Source: an uncultured Methanosarcinales archaeon (GTDB lineage: Archaea; Nanobdellota; Nanobdellia; Woesearchaeales; JAHWIC01). From it: 64,000 nt of DNA. Position numbers and translations under genes: made by a program. The stretch's first letter is position 1. Every line of letters begins with the position of its first letter. The DNA lies in the NCBI GenBank assembly GCA_964447855.1, contig CAYUUH010000001.1, positions 369 to 64,368 of the forward strand, in the 5' to 3' direction. The notes under the pieces were generated by a model. That model made no database searches and was not told the origin of the DNA. It saw only the letters and a list, made by a program, of their open reading frames with translations. Positions 26,952-37,682 of this stretch are shown here, piece by piece.

Positions 26952-27698
26952 ATGTCGCTTATATCAGATGTATATTTATTGTTACTCGATGAGATAAGGA
27001 CGGATTCTCGGTCTCTCTCTTGTGATATTGGAACATTTAATCGCCTCATCAGGCTCGTTAACCAAGAGCTATATGATCAATATGTAAAGGACTTCGAGAG
27101 TGGTCAGGAGAGTTCAGACACGCTAGGTTTCTTGAAGGTTCATAACTACTCTTTGGCTCTCACAGCAGGGGTAGCCACACTACCTTCAAGCTACGAAAGA
27201 CTAATAGGCAAACCAAGGATACTTAACGGTGCTACTTATCAGAAGGTTGATGTGGTGAGTACTTATGAGCAGGCGTGCAGAGATGAAGATTACCTTACAC
27301 AGTCAACAGTTACTAATCCTACGGCTACCATAGGTGGTGTAGACGGGCTAGGAAGTGTACAGATAAGAGTATATCCCACTACAACTACAAATGTATGGAT
27401 AGACTACCTTAGAACGCTTACAGTGCCTCTATTGGACTACTACACGGATGATACAACCTTAGTTACTACATTTCTTGAGGCATCTACCACTTACAGTTTG
27501 GCTTCGGGTACTACTTACAGGACGGGGACGGCAGGTGGCGCAGGTGTTTCGGTAGCAAGTGCTACGGTAGACCTGAAGTGGGGTGAGAGTGACATTGCAT
27601 TGATTCTGACTAAGCTAATCAACAGACTAGCGAAGCAACTCCCTGATGAGTTACTATTACAGCAGTCAAATATGGAACAAGCAAAATCTGAGGCATGA
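26952..27698 (+). CDS. hypothetical virion protein
   Basis: 248 aa. Confidence 0.4.
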   Translation: MSLISDVYLLLLDEIRTDSRSLSCDIGTFNRLIRLVNQELYDQYVKDFESGQESSDTLGFLKVHNYSLALTAGVATLPSSYERLIGKPRILNGATYQKVDVVSTYEQACRDEDYLTQSTVTNPTATIGGVDGLGSVQIRVYPTTTTNVWIDYLRTLTVPLLDYYTDDTTLVTTFLEASTTYSLASGTTYRTGTAGGAGVSVASATVDLKWGESDIALILTKLINRLAKQLPDELLLQQSNMEQAKSEA

Positions 27699-28318
27699 TA
27701 AAACAAGAAATTAGATCGGCTGTAAAGAACGCATTAAAACGCTACGATAAGGTTGCAACGTATCACGATAAGGTGCTTGACAATGCTTGTGAGATAGTGC
27801 GTAACATCATGCTTAACGAGGTATTCAGGATGAGTCCTCACTCACTACAAAGGTTTACTGTTGGTTATGGTTATGCAACACCTTTGACTATTTCATCTGA
27901 AGCCTCTAGCGGGATTTACTACACTACCTTACCGGAAAATATAGTTTACTTTCCAGATAGAGCCTCTGGGGTGCGCAGGGTAGCAACAGCTACACAGACA
28001 GGCACGAAGTTTTTCCCTATGGATCAGAGAGAATGGGATTTGGCTATGACAGGACTGTATGTTAACGTGGTTAAGGATAAAGTAGGTTATATTGTCACGC
28101 CCACGAGAGTTGAATACTTTGGTATGACAGGTACTATACTTAGCGATGGTGTGAGGATGGATTGTATAATTCCGTTTAGTGAATACGCTGAGACAGATGT
28201 AGTACTCTACCCCGAACACACTCTTGAGGACGGCAGTGGATATATAGAAAGAATAGTTAATTTTCTAAAGGATAAACCTCCTGTGGATTTATTGGATAAC
28301 GGAAAAGACTCTGAATAA
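27695..28318 (+). CDS. hypothetical virion protein
   Basis: 207 aa, ATGA-coupled. Confidence 0.4.
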   Translation: MIKQEIRSAVKNALKRYDKVATYHDKVLDNACEIVRNIMLNEVFRMSPHSLQRFTVGYGYATPLTISSEASSGIYYTTLPENIVYFPDRASGVRRVATATQTGTKFFPMDQREWDLAMTGLYVNVVKDKVGYIVTPTRVEYFGMTGTILSDGVRMDCIIPFSEYAETDVVLYPEHTLEDGSGYIERIVNFLKDKPPVDLLDNGKDSE

Positions 28319-29028
28319 TGGCAACAAACGCACTCGTAAGTATAAATTCTATCGTAGACGCATATCTTTTCAAATTTGAATTACCTCTTGATAGGGCGTG
28401 GATATACACTCAGCATGCCTGTGATGCAGTAAGAGAACTACACCTTTATGACCTTCCTAACTTAGTCACAGAGAAAGTAAGTGTTAGTTCGCTTGGGATT
28501 ATCGAACTTCCTGCGGATTGCCTTGGTGTCAATGGTCTTTACAAGTTTGTTGACGGAGTTAAATGGCAGTTCACCCAGAGAGATGACATAATCGTTACAA
28601 CAACTACTACAGGTGGCACAGAAGGGCAGGACGAAGATTATGGAGAGGGAGAAGCACTCAAAGACCCTAAGACAGATACCTATGGAGGCGTTGGTGGTGT
28701 AAACGACTACTACTATAAGGTTGATTGGAAAGCAAGGAGGATATTTGTTGAGGGCACAACCAGCGATACAGTCGTTTTAGAGTATGTTACAAGCGGTATC
28801 GAGACTTCGGGCACTACTTATGTCCCCGACTTCTGTACGCCCGTCATAGACGCTTATTTGAACTGGAAGATGTGTTTCCTTGAGCCTAGGCTAGAGAGAT
28901 ACGCCTCCGAAAGAGAAAAGAGTTATCTTAATACAGAGAATAGAGTAAGAAATCTTATAAATGCAATGGATTATAACCAGTGGAGAGACCTGTTCTTATC
29001 ACTGACAACCGTTGCGCCCCTGAGATAA
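28318..29028 (+). CDS. hypothetical virion protein
   Basis: 236 aa, coupled to its neighbours. Confidence 0.4.
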   Translation: MATNALVSINSIVDAYLFKFELPLDRAWIYTQHACDAVRELHLYDLPNLVTEKVSVSSLGIIELPADCLGVNGLYKFVDGVKWQFTQRDDIIVTTTTTGGTEGQDEDYGEGEALKDPKTDTYGGVGGVNDYYYKVDWKARRIFVEGTTSDTVVLEYVTSGIETSGTTYVPDFCTPVIDAYLNWKMCFLEPRLERYASEREKSYLNTENRVRNLINAMDYNQWRDLFLSLTTVAPLR

Positions 29029-29029
29029 A

Positions 29030-32000
29030 ATGAGCAATATAATTGACCACCTTCCGCTAACTGACTTCGGGTTAGATTTTGATCAAGCTCCAAGGTATAT
29101 TTCCAAAGGAGATTCAAGATATAATTTGAATGTTCTTAAAGGAGAAGACTCTTACTTTGGCGAGCTCACTAATCTAAAGGGTAACAGGAAGGTCACGTAC
29201 GAACTTGGTGATTCAAATGCTTACTTTGTTGCGTGGAGTTGTTATGATCCACTGACCCGCTATGTGTACGCATACATATTTTCACAGCCCTATGATGTAA
29301 GCGGTTCTGGTGATTATGAGTACGATAATAGGTTTATTCGCTTCGGGGAAGATGATGAAATAATTACTACTCTTTTTTACGACACAAAGAACTATTTCGG
29401 AGTAGACCCTAATATAAGAGTTAAGGATTCATTTGTAATAGGAGACTGGCTATTCTATAACCCACAGACAAGCGAACCAAAGATTATAGACCTTACGAGG
29501 ATTTATAACTATACGACCTATGCGGCTTATGATGCTACACTTACTTATACCTATGGACAGAGAGTTACTTACTTTGGTGGGCTGTTCCTTGCAGATGAGG
29601 CAGTAGCGATAGGCGAAGACCCTGTAAACTACGACAGTAAGTGGACTCGCATAGGAGATAGTTACCAGTTTGGTACAGACATAGAGTTTGACAGTGAGTT
29701 CAGGTATGCTTTTAATCAGATAAAACACATCCCTGTTTACCGTCCTATATGTGCTTACGCTACGGATGCCGATAAGAACGCAAATAACGTGCGTGGTAAG
29801 CTCTTTAGGTTCTCGCACAGGTATAAGTACTTTGACAATAGTTATTCACGCTACGGGGCTTATTCTGACGTTACATTGCCACAATATGACGAGTATTATA
29901 ATGGCGAAGTACCAGGAGACCTTGATACATTTAACTGTATTGATGTAAAGATACCCCTTCACTCAGCAGCCCTCGTAAAAGAGATAGAGATAATATTTCA
30001 GGAGACAGGTGGAGATTGGAAGCAAGCTAAGATAATAAACAGACAGGATATTACTTTACTTGACCAGCTTTATTATACTTATAGATTCTATAATACAGAT
30101 TCAGCCTTTATTCAGATAGATGATGACCATTTCACTGAGCCCTATGATGCACTTCCGAGGTTTGCAAATTCAATGGAGATCATCAATAAGAATATCTTGG
30201 CTTTCGGTGGCGTCACAGAAGGGTTTTATAATCTTGATAAGAACGATATAGATGTTACTCTCACACCTGAAATGGAAACAATATCTATCTCAGAATCACA
30301 ACAAACAGGCGGAAGGCGAAGGGATAATATTGCGGAGGGAGATTGGGTTTTAACACCAACAAGTACGGGTTGGCAGATTACGCTTACACCTAATTCATGG
30401 TTCACTGGTGGCGGTTGGGCTCTCGGAGACGTCTATGTATTAACCTTTAACGGCAAGAGCGTTACCTATACATTACAGGCAGCAGACGTTCTTAACTTAG
30501 CGGGTTTTTGTGCAGCTATAGGTGGTGTATTTAGCACAAACTTCCCAACGGTTAATTCAGGATATGGAACAACTACGGTTTATGTATTATCGGAAAATAC
30601 AGATGGTGTTCAGACTCCGATTAATATTAGCATATCAACATTATATGAACCTAGTGGTGTATCGGAGGTAGCTCTTACAAAGGCTACCGGATTTAAGACA
30701 GGTGCGTGGCATCCATTCTGTATATTCTACTATGATGAGGCTATGCGTAGGTGGGATGCACAGACAAGTAAGGATCATCCCGATGGTATAGTACCTTACT
30801 CAGCAGACGGGACAACAGTTTACATTCCTATGTTTGGAGAGTATTCACCGAATGATGGGCTATTGAATCATAGGTGGATTATTAATTGGAGTTTAAATCA
30901 TCTTCCCCCTAGCGAGGCTAAGTGGTGGAGGTGGGGTTATGCAGGTAACGCACTATGCTCACAATTTGTTCAGTATATCGTAGAAGACATCCAAGATGAA
31001 TCTCCATGGACTAAGTTAGATATTACCCCTCTTCAAACCTTAAAAACAACAACTGAGGGTACATGGAATCAATTTCCGCAGTCAATAATAGAACCTTATC
31101 AGTGGCAAAAGGGAGATAGGGTAAGGGTAATAACAGAGGCAGCTTCAGCAAATGATATAGGTGCTGTTATAGATGGTGTTTATGACTATGAAATTTTAAA
31201 GTATGATGATACTACGGTAGAGGGTGAGTATTGGGTATATGTTCAGGACTTTGATTATGCTGCTATTAGTGCAGGGGTACAAACCTTAGTTGAAATATAC
31301 ACTCCTAAAAAGACAGATGTTGCAAGAGACTTCTACGAGTTTGGTGAGTTAATGCCAATAATCAGGGATGCAGATAATGTTTTAGTACATGGCTGCGGTG
31401 CTATAGGAACACAGAACCAAGATACGACCACAGGAGACCCCGTTACAGGCGTTTTTACGGCAGGAGACGTGTATCATATACTCAGGACGCCATCTTATGC
31501 TATTGACACCGTAGAGGGCTATTTCCATGAGTCACAGTGGTACTCTGATTTCTATGCTAGTGATGATTGGGATAAAGGCAGACCTGGGGTAGAGACAAAC
31601 TTTGGCGAAAGGTATCTTAACATAGTAAGACACTCAAAACAGTACTTACAAAATACTTTGATTAATGGTCTTTCAACCTTTTGGGGCGATACCGACTATA
31701 AGGAACTGAATGATGTCTTTGGTGATATTTTGAGGATAATTGAGAACGGAGACACGCTAAAGGTCTATCAGAGGAAGAAGCCAAGCTCTATCTTGATTGG
31801 TAGGACTGAGTATGTGGATATGGAGGGAAATCCTAATATAGTTCAGACCAGCGAAAGAGTACTTGGTGCAATAAGATATTCAACTACAAACTACGGTACA
31901 GAGTTCCCTGAGAGTATAACAAAGAATAACAGGTACGTCTACGGCTTTGACATCTATAACGGCGTCATGTGGAGAGATTCGGCTAATGGAATTTTCCCTA

Positions 32001-33883
32001 TAAGTGGTAAGTACGAGTCAGCAGACGGTGGTAACTACAAGATGGAGACTTACTTCAAACAGAAGGCTAAGGACTTACTTGTATCGGGCATTAACGGTGT
32101 AGATGTAGAAACTGTTTGGGACGAGAGGCATAAGAACCTATATGTTATCTTTAAAGACTTAGTCACAGAGGCTAACGATGAGGCTATCATGTTCCATGAG
32201 CCATCTAACAGGTGGATATGCTTCACTAACATGGATCAGACACCCGAAGAGGGTTGGACTCAGATGATTCAGTTAGAATGGTCTATACTGCAAGGGTTTA
32301 CAAGTGGTTATACTGTAGATTTTAATGAGGATACTTATTTCTATGAGTTTGGCATCACAGCACCACCCGATGTAAGGAGAATTGAGGAGGAGCAAGAATT
32401 AGGAGTTGCTGTACTTGAACCCACCATAGTTATAGACTGTGATGTATCAGCAGATTTACTTACCATTAGTACAACGCCTATGCCATGGGATGCTATACTT
32501 ACTCCTTACATAAGTGCATCTCCTCCTAATATGGCATTTACGGCAGCAGAGAGTGGCTTGGCAAGCAAACAAGATGTCACTGTCTTATGTAGTCCTTCTA
32601 CTTGTACTATCAGTGCAGTACCCTTGGATGCTGGTGTACCTTGGCTGACTATACTTGATGTTAGTGGTAACTCATTATCAGTAGGTAGTGTTATAACAAG
32701 CGGTCAGGTACTTCGGGTTTATCCTACTAATATTAGTTTAGGCGGTGCTCTATCGGGTAGTTTAACTTTTACCAATACCTATAGTAATTCTGACTCTGTT
32801 TCAATAACAAGGGCAGCAGCACTTTCTAGTCCTACGGTTAGGGTTCTCGCAAATGGTTCTGCATCTAATGTATTGACAGATGTAATGGGTAGTGGTATAT
32901 GCTCACCTGGCGCAACAACCGTTGATGTTATCTTTACTTGTGATAATACAGAGCTATCGGGTGCATCAGCATATATGGTGTATGCTTCTGCAATTATAAA
33001 GGACAGTCAGTATGGTTCTACTGTTGGAACAGGATCGGGATATGGAGCAGCAACAGATATTGCAGGGGGAACTATAACTATTGATAATTTAAGTGCAGCA
33101 GTACTGAGTGGTTATTGGGTTTATGTATATCTCATTAGCTATGGTTCAGGTTCGGGAGTTGCTGATTTAACTGTCAGTGCAGACCTTAATACTCTGTCTA
33201 TAGCACCTAACGCCCTTACACCACTACAACCTACTGTCTTTATAACAGTTGTTAGTCCTAGTGCGCCAGCACTTCAGTGGGCAGCAGCAGATACGACCAC
33301 ACAGAACTTCTCTATAGATACGGGAGATGCTGTTCAGACAAGGGTATCTTATGCACCAACTTGGATAACAATACTTGATAGTGGAGGCAATGACTTAAAA
33401 GGAGGTCATTACATTATAGATGAAGAGGTTTGTACAATGAACCCAACCAATGCTAACTTAGGCGGGCAACTAGACGATACCGTTACCTTTGTTAATGAGA
33501 TGGGTGATACCAATACCATTACAGTAAGACATCTCGCAGCAGGGGCGGGGGTAGTGCCTATAACTCTTTCAATTAGCGATACCGCAGGGGATGGGATTAC
33601 AGATGACACTACCGATTTAGCCTTTAAAACGGGCGTAAGTAGACAAGCTACCTTAACAGACGCTACGGCACTCATAGATTTAAGGGCTACTTTTGACAGC
33701 CCTCTATACGGAGAAGGTGGCTATTATCGGGTTTATTGGTATGCTACAAAAGATAGTATCTTTGCAGGACGAGGAGACTTCCCATATTGGGATGAATTAG
33801 AAGTGAATGTACAACTAGTGTTAGATGCAGTAGCAAGTACGTCAGATACGATAGTAATTTATTTTGCAGGTAATTATATTTAA
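29030..33883 (+). CDS. large fibre or tail-associated structural protein
   Basis: 1617 aa, Gly/Ser/Thr/Tyr-rich with β-repeat character. Sits within the tail module. Confidence 0.5.
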   Translation: MSNIIDHLPLTDFGLDFDQAPRYISKGDSRYNLNVLKGEDSYFGELTNLKGNRKVTYELGDSNAYFVAWSCYDPLTRYVYAYIFSQPYDVSGSGDYEYDNRFIRFGEDDEIITTLFYDTKNYFGVDPNIRVKDSFVIGDWLFYNPQTSEPKIIDLTRIYNYTTYAAYDATLTYTYGQRVTYFGGLFLADEAVAIGEDPVNYDSKWTRIGDSYQFGTDIEFDSEFRYAFNQIKHIPVYRPICAYATDADKNANNVRGKLFRFSHRYKYFDNSYSRYGAYSDVTLPQYDEYYNGEVPGDLDTFNCIDVKIPLHSAALVKEIEIIFQETGGDWKQAKIINRQDITLLDQLYYTYRFYNTDSAFIQIDDDHFTEPYDALPRFANSMEIINKNILAFGGVTEGFYNLDKNDIDVTLTPEMETISISESQQTGGRRRDNIAEGDWVLTPTSTGWQITLTPNSWFTGGGWALGDVYVLTFNGKSVTYTLQAADVLNLAGFCAAIGGVFSTNFPTVNSGYGTTTVYVLSENTDGVQTPINISISTLYEPSGVSEVALTKATGFKTGAWHPFCIFYYDEAMRRWDAQTSKDHPDGIVPYSADGTTVYIPMFGEYSPNDGLLNHRWIINWSLNHLPPSEAKWWRWGYAGNALCSQFVQYIVEDIQDESPWTKLDITPLQTLKTTTEGTWNQFPQSIIEPYQWQKGDRVRVITEAASANDIGAVIDGVYDYEILKYDDTTVEGEYWVYVQDFDYAAISAGVQTLVEIYTPKKTDVARDFYEFGELMPIIRDADNVLVHGCGAIGTQNQDTTTGDPVTGVFTAGDVYHILRTPSYAIDTVEGYFHESQWYSDFYASDDWDKGRPGVETNFGERYLNIVRHSKQYLQNTLINGLSTFWGDTDYKELNDVFGDILRIIENGDTLKVYQRKKPSSILIGRTEYVDMEGNPNIVQTSERVLGAIRYSTTNYGTEFPESITKNNRYVYGFDIYNGVMWRDSANGIFPISGKYESADGGNYKMETYFKQKAKDLLVSGINGVDVETVWDERHKNLYVIFKDLVTEANDEAIMFHEPSNRWICFTNMDQTPEEGWTQMIQLEWSILQGFTSGYTVDFNEDTYFYEFGITAPPDVRRIEEEQELGVAVLEPTIVIDCDVSADLLTISTTPMPWDAILTPYISASPPNMAFTAAESGLASKQDVTVLCSPSTCTISAVPLDAGVPWLTILDVSGNSLSVGSVITSGQVLRVYPTNISLGGALSGSLTFTNTYSNSDSVSITRAAALSSPTVRVLANGSASNVLTDVMGSGICSPGATTVDVIFTCDNTELSGASAYMVYASAIIKDSQYGSTVGTGSGYGAATDIAGGTITIDNLSAAVLSGYWVYVYLISYGSGSGVADLTVSADLNTLSIAPNALTPLQPTVFITVVSPSAPALQWAAADTTTQNFSIDTGDAVQTRVSYAPTWITILDSGGNDLKGGHYIIDEEVCTMNPTNANLGGQLDDTVTFVNEMGDTNTITVRHLAAGAGVVPITLSISDTAGDGITDDTTDLAFKTGVSRQATLTDATALIDLRATFDSPLYGEGGYYRVYWYATKDSIFAGRGDFPYWDELEVNVQLVLDAVASTSDTIVIYFAGNYI

Positions 33884-33894
33884 TAACAGATAAG

Positions 33895-34305
33895 ATGGCA
33901 AGCAGGATTCCAAAGGAAGTTAAGTTAGAGATTGTAACAAGATGGCTTCCAGCAACAGAACCAACATGGAAAGTTGCATTATTTTTAAGCACAAGCAACT
34001 GTAATACTGACGGTGTGTTACTCTATTCGGCATGTACTAATGAGGTAGCATCAGGTGGAGGTTATACTACCGCAGGAGAAACACTGACAGGTAGGGCAGT
34101 AGCGTACATAGAAACCACCAATGCTAGAATAGATGCTGATGACACACCATGGACTTCAGCTACATTCACCGCTAGGTATGCAGTTGTATACGAAACAGCA
34201 ACAAGCAAGATAAGGGCGGTGTATGACTTTCTTGCAGATAAGTCGGTGACGGGTGGAACTTTCACTATACAGTGGAACGCATCGGGATTATGTAAAATAA
34301 GTTAA
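33895..34305 (+). CDS. hypothetical protein
   Basis: 136 aa. Confidence 0.4.
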   Translation: MASRIPKEVKLEIVTRWLPATEPTWKVALFLSTSNCNTDGVLLYSACTNEVASGGGYTTAGETLTGRAVAYIETTNARIDADDTPWTSATFTARYAVVYETATSKIRAVYDFLADKSVTGGTFTIQWNASGLCKIS

Positions 34306-35000
34306 TGGCTTACGATAGAATATCTGGTATTTATCAAATTAAATCGGTGATTTACCCCGAAAGAATCTATATTGGTAGTGCTGTTGATTTTCGTAAGCGG
34401 TGGAGAGAACATAAATTGGACTTAAGAAAGGGGCAGCATAAGAATCCCATATTACAAAACCATGTGAATAAGTATGGGATTGGCGACCTTATTTTCTCTA
34501 TTACGGAGGAGTGTTCTCGTGAGTCCCTTTTAGACAGAGAGCGTTATTATATAAAACTACTTGATCCCTTTTTTAATATATTAAAAGATGATATTACCCG
34601 CCCCACCGATCTTTCTGGGGAAAAGAATCCTTTTTATGGGAAACATCATACAGATGAAACAAAGGCTATATTAAGAGAACTTAAAACAGGGACACGTCAT
34701 ACTGAGGAAACAAAAAGAAAGTTTAGCGAAGATAGAAAAGGTCATAGACCTTATGGAATGTCCATCGAAGGGAGAAAAAGTGTTGGTGAAAAAAATAAAG
34801 TTCATATGAATGAGTTTTATCAGACCGAAGCGGGGATAGATTATAAGAAACGACTCCCAGATATAGCGAGAGAGATTAGAAAGATGGACACAGAGGAGAC
34901 CAAGCAAAAAAGGGCAGATTCCATAAAAAAAACTTATAAAAAAAAGGCTATTGGTAAGTTAATATCTGTTTTATTAGAAATTAAGGGGGTCGTAGTATGA
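34305..35000 (+). CDS. GIY-YIG homing endonuclease with NUMOD3-like repeats (second copy)
   Basis: SGIYQIKSVIYPERIYIGSAVDFRKRWREH. GEKNPFYGKHHTDETK...TGTRHTEETKRKFSE. Confidence 0.75.
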   Translation: MAYDRISGIYQIKSVIYPERIYIGSAVDFRKRWREHKLDLRKGQHKNPILQNHVNKYGIGDLIFSITEECSRESLLDRERYYIKLLDPFFNILKDDITRPTDLSGEKNPFYGKHHTDETKAILRELKTGTRHTEETKRKFSEDRKGHRPYGMSIEGRKSVGEKNKVHMNEFYQTEAGIDYKKRLPDIAREIRKMDTEETKQKRADSIKKTYKKKAIGKLISVLLEIKGVVV

Positions 35001-36445
35001 TTAAAGATAACGCATTAAGGTCTAGTACGTTTTACATGGATGCAGATGACGTATGCCATGTTCTTATTGATAACGAGACAGGGGATGCGTTAACGGTACA
35101 GCTATGGAATGAAACCATCAACCAAGTAGAGGCAGGGATACCAGACCCGCCAATAGCACTAGAATCTCTGTTTGTAGATGAAACGAGCTTTGTTGCCTAT
35201 TGGAGAGAATTATCTACTGACCTGACAAGTCTTTTTTACCTTGATGTTTCTACCGACCCTAACTTTGGGTCTTTCGTCACGGGTTATAACCAAAAGGAAG
35301 TTTCTTATTTCCCGCTAGTGGAAGAACTAACTATTCATACTACTTATTATTGGAGAGTAAGGGCTAGTGGTAGAAACGAAGTGGGTTATTCAGACTATTC
35401 TAATGTAATGAGCGTCTATACAGACACACCCACGCCTCTTCCTGCTGAGGTAACAATAGGTACACAGACTTGGAAAACAACCAACGTAGATGATTACATT
35501 AATAAGTTTGAGGATTATTTCTTGCCGTCAAAAGATGAGGTTACAGAGCTAGGTACTTACTTTGGAGCACCTTACAGCATGGGAGACCCTATTTATATTT
35601 GGAGCTCATCCGAGAGTGCGGCAACTAAGGCTTGGGCGTTGAATCTTGATGACGCTGTTTGGTATGAACTCGATAAGTCAAATACTTCACCATATATATT
35701 CCCATGTAGGTCTTATATTTCATCTGATGTTCTTAACATAGGTGACACAGGGGAGGCGAATGGCATTATATTTTATGTTATAGATAATGGTGATACCACT
35801 TATACTTATTATGAGTTATTTAACTCTGCTTATGAGCAGACTGATACTAAGCCTGATACAGGAGCATGGAGTAATATTAGTCTTGTAATAGGTACTACGG
35901 GGACTGCTATTGGAGATGGTGCGGCAAATACAACAGCAATAATAGGGCAGGTAGGTCACACAGTAAGTGCAGCCTATTACTGTGATCATTATATAACATC
36001 AGACGAAAAAGCACCTAACGCAGGCACGAGAGAGGCAGATAGAGTTAAGTATGGTGCTTTATATTCCTTTGCACAGATAGCAGATGTTGAAACGGCTAAT
36101 CCAGGTTATCATGTACCGACAGATGCAGAATGGACTACGCTTACCGATTACCTTGGTGGTCTTACTGCTGCTGGTGGAGCGTTGAAAGAAGATGGTTACG
36201 GCTATTGGATATACCCTAACACAGGAGCAACTAATAGCAGTGGGTTCTACGCAAGAGGTGGGGGTGCTTATATAGTAACAGGCGGTATAGGGAGATATAA
36301 TGTGGGTTATTGGCTTACGGCAACAGAATCAAGCGGGACTACATATTACTCAAGAAGGATGCAGTATAGTGATGGCGTAGTGAATAGGTTCTCTACTGCG
36401 ACTAAGGCTACTGATTATATGTCTATAAGACTAATTAAAGACTAA
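34997..36445 (+). CDS. receptor-binding / tail-fibre protein with an FN3-like domain and a C-terminal Fibrobacter succinogenes major paralogous domain
   Basis: YYWRVRASGRNEVGYSDYSNVMSVYT is FN3-like. YHVPTDAEWTTLTDYLGG...GYWIYPNTGATNSSGFYARGGGAY matches the TIGR02145-type domain. Confidence 0.5.
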   Translation: MIKDNALRSSTFYMDADDVCHVLIDNETGDALTVQLWNETINQVEAGIPDPPIALESLFVDETSFVAYWRELSTDLTSLFYLDVSTDPNFGSFVTGYNQKEVSYFPLVEELTIHTTYYWRVRASGRNEVGYSDYSNVMSVYTDTPTPLPAEVTIGTQTWKTTNVDDYINKFEDYFLPSKDEVTELGTYFGAPYSMGDPIYIWSSSESAATKAWALNLDDAVWYELDKSNTSPYIFPCRSYISSDVLNIGDTGEANGIIFYVIDNGDTTYTYYELFNSAYEQTDTKPDTGAWSNISLVIGTTGTAIGDGAANTTAIIGQVGHTVSAAYYCDHYITSDEKAPNAGTREADRVKYGALYSFAQIADVETANPGYHVPTDAEWTTLTDYLGGLTAAGGALKEDGYGYWIYPNTGATNSSGFYARGGGAYIVTGGIGRYNVGYWLTATESSGTTYYSRRMQYSDGVVNRFSTATKATDYMSIRLIKD

Positions 36446-37041
36446 TGGCAAGGCAAATAGACTTAACGGCACTTAACCCAGGAGCACACTACATTGTGAT
36501 AGGCTTTGATTCGGGAGAGTCAGGCACATTCAATTTACAGGTGTGGATAACTCGCTATGGGAAGAGAATGGTGGACGTATGCCAAGCCATGTCGTTGAAC
36601 TTCATATCCTTCATGGGTGGCGACCTATGGATTCATAATGACGATGACGTAGACAGATGTAACTTATTTGAGGAGAAGAGAGACTGTATCGTTGGCGTTG
36701 TAACCAATGAGCAGCCAATGACCATAAAGTTACTTGACAGTGTTGATATACACTCTAATGATAGGTGGGAGATAACGAGTATAACTATACCGGCGACACT
36801 GAACCACCCAAATGGAATGAGTAGTAAGTTACCTCTTGAGCAGTTTAAGAAGCGTGCTGGCGTATGGCAGGCTCACTTTCTTAGAAACATGAAGAGTACA
36901 AACGACACAGCAAGGACGATAGATGCTATTAGAGGTGAAGAACTCAAAGGAGCTGTTGCTTTACTCACTTTAAAGAATACGAGCAACGATCAGGTAAGTC
37001 TGTTTAAGGTCAGTGTTTATGAGACCTCAGCGAGGGTATAG
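36445..37041 (+). CDS. hypothetical tail-module protein
   Basis: 198 aa. Confidence 0.4.
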   Translation: MARQIDLTALNPGAHYIVIGFDSGESGTFNLQVWITRYGKRMVDVCQAMSLNFISFMGGDLWIHNDDDVDRCNLFEEKRDCIVGVVTNEQPMTIKLLDSVDIHSNDRWEITSITIPATLNHPNGMSSKLPLEQFKKRAGVWQAHFLRNMKSTNDTARTIDAIRGEELKGAVALLTLKNTSNDQVSLFKVSVYETSARV

Positions 37042-37079
37042 AATAAAATGGTAACTTTGTAACAATATAATAACGACAA

Positions 37080-37679
37080 ATGAGTGCATTATTAGCAGGG
37101 GCATTACTTAGCGGAGGTTCAGCACTCTTGCAGGGCATATTCGGTGCAGCGCAAGCAGCTAAAGGTAATAAAGGCTTTAACAGAGCCATGGCTAACCGTC
37201 CTACATACGAGATACCCGATGAGTATAAGAATATTCTTGCTCAGTATCAGCAAGCACAGGCAGGTAATATGCCAGGATATGAGCAGACGCTATCACAGAT
37301 AGGACAGGCAGGGGCTAGGGCTAGGGGTTCTGCCGAGAGAGGTGCTATAAGCTCTGCTTCTTACGGTGCTCAGGTAGGTAATCTCTATCAGAAAGAACTA
37401 GACGCTATACAGAACCTTGGTGTTAAACAAGAAGAGTACAAGACTTCAATGCTTGACAGGGTAGCACAGGCACGGGGACAGTTAGGACAGCAGAAAGAAC
37501 AGCAGTTCAATCTAAATCAGTTTGTTCCTTGGCAGACAGAGGCTAATAGGTACGGAGAGATGAAGAAACAAGGTACTGAGAACTTATTTGGTGCTATACA
37601 GGGCGGAGTGAAAAATTTTAGTGACCTCCTCGGGACAAAATTTTATCAGGAAGCACTGACGAAACTACAAAAGACTTAA
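37080..37679 (+). CDS. hypothetical Gln/Ala-rich protein with a hydrophobic N-terminus
   Basis: 199 aa. Confidence 0.4.
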   Translation: MSALLAGALLSGGSALLQGIFGAAQAAKGNKGFNRAMANRPTYEIPDEYKNILAQYQQAQAGNMPGYEQTLSQIGQAGARARGSAERGAISSASYGAQVGNLYQKELDAIQNLGVKQEEYKTSMLDRVAQARGQLGQQKEQQFNLNQFVPWQTEANRYGEMKKQGTENLFGAIQGGVKNFSDLLGTKFYQEALTKLQKT

Positions 37680-37682
37680 TAG

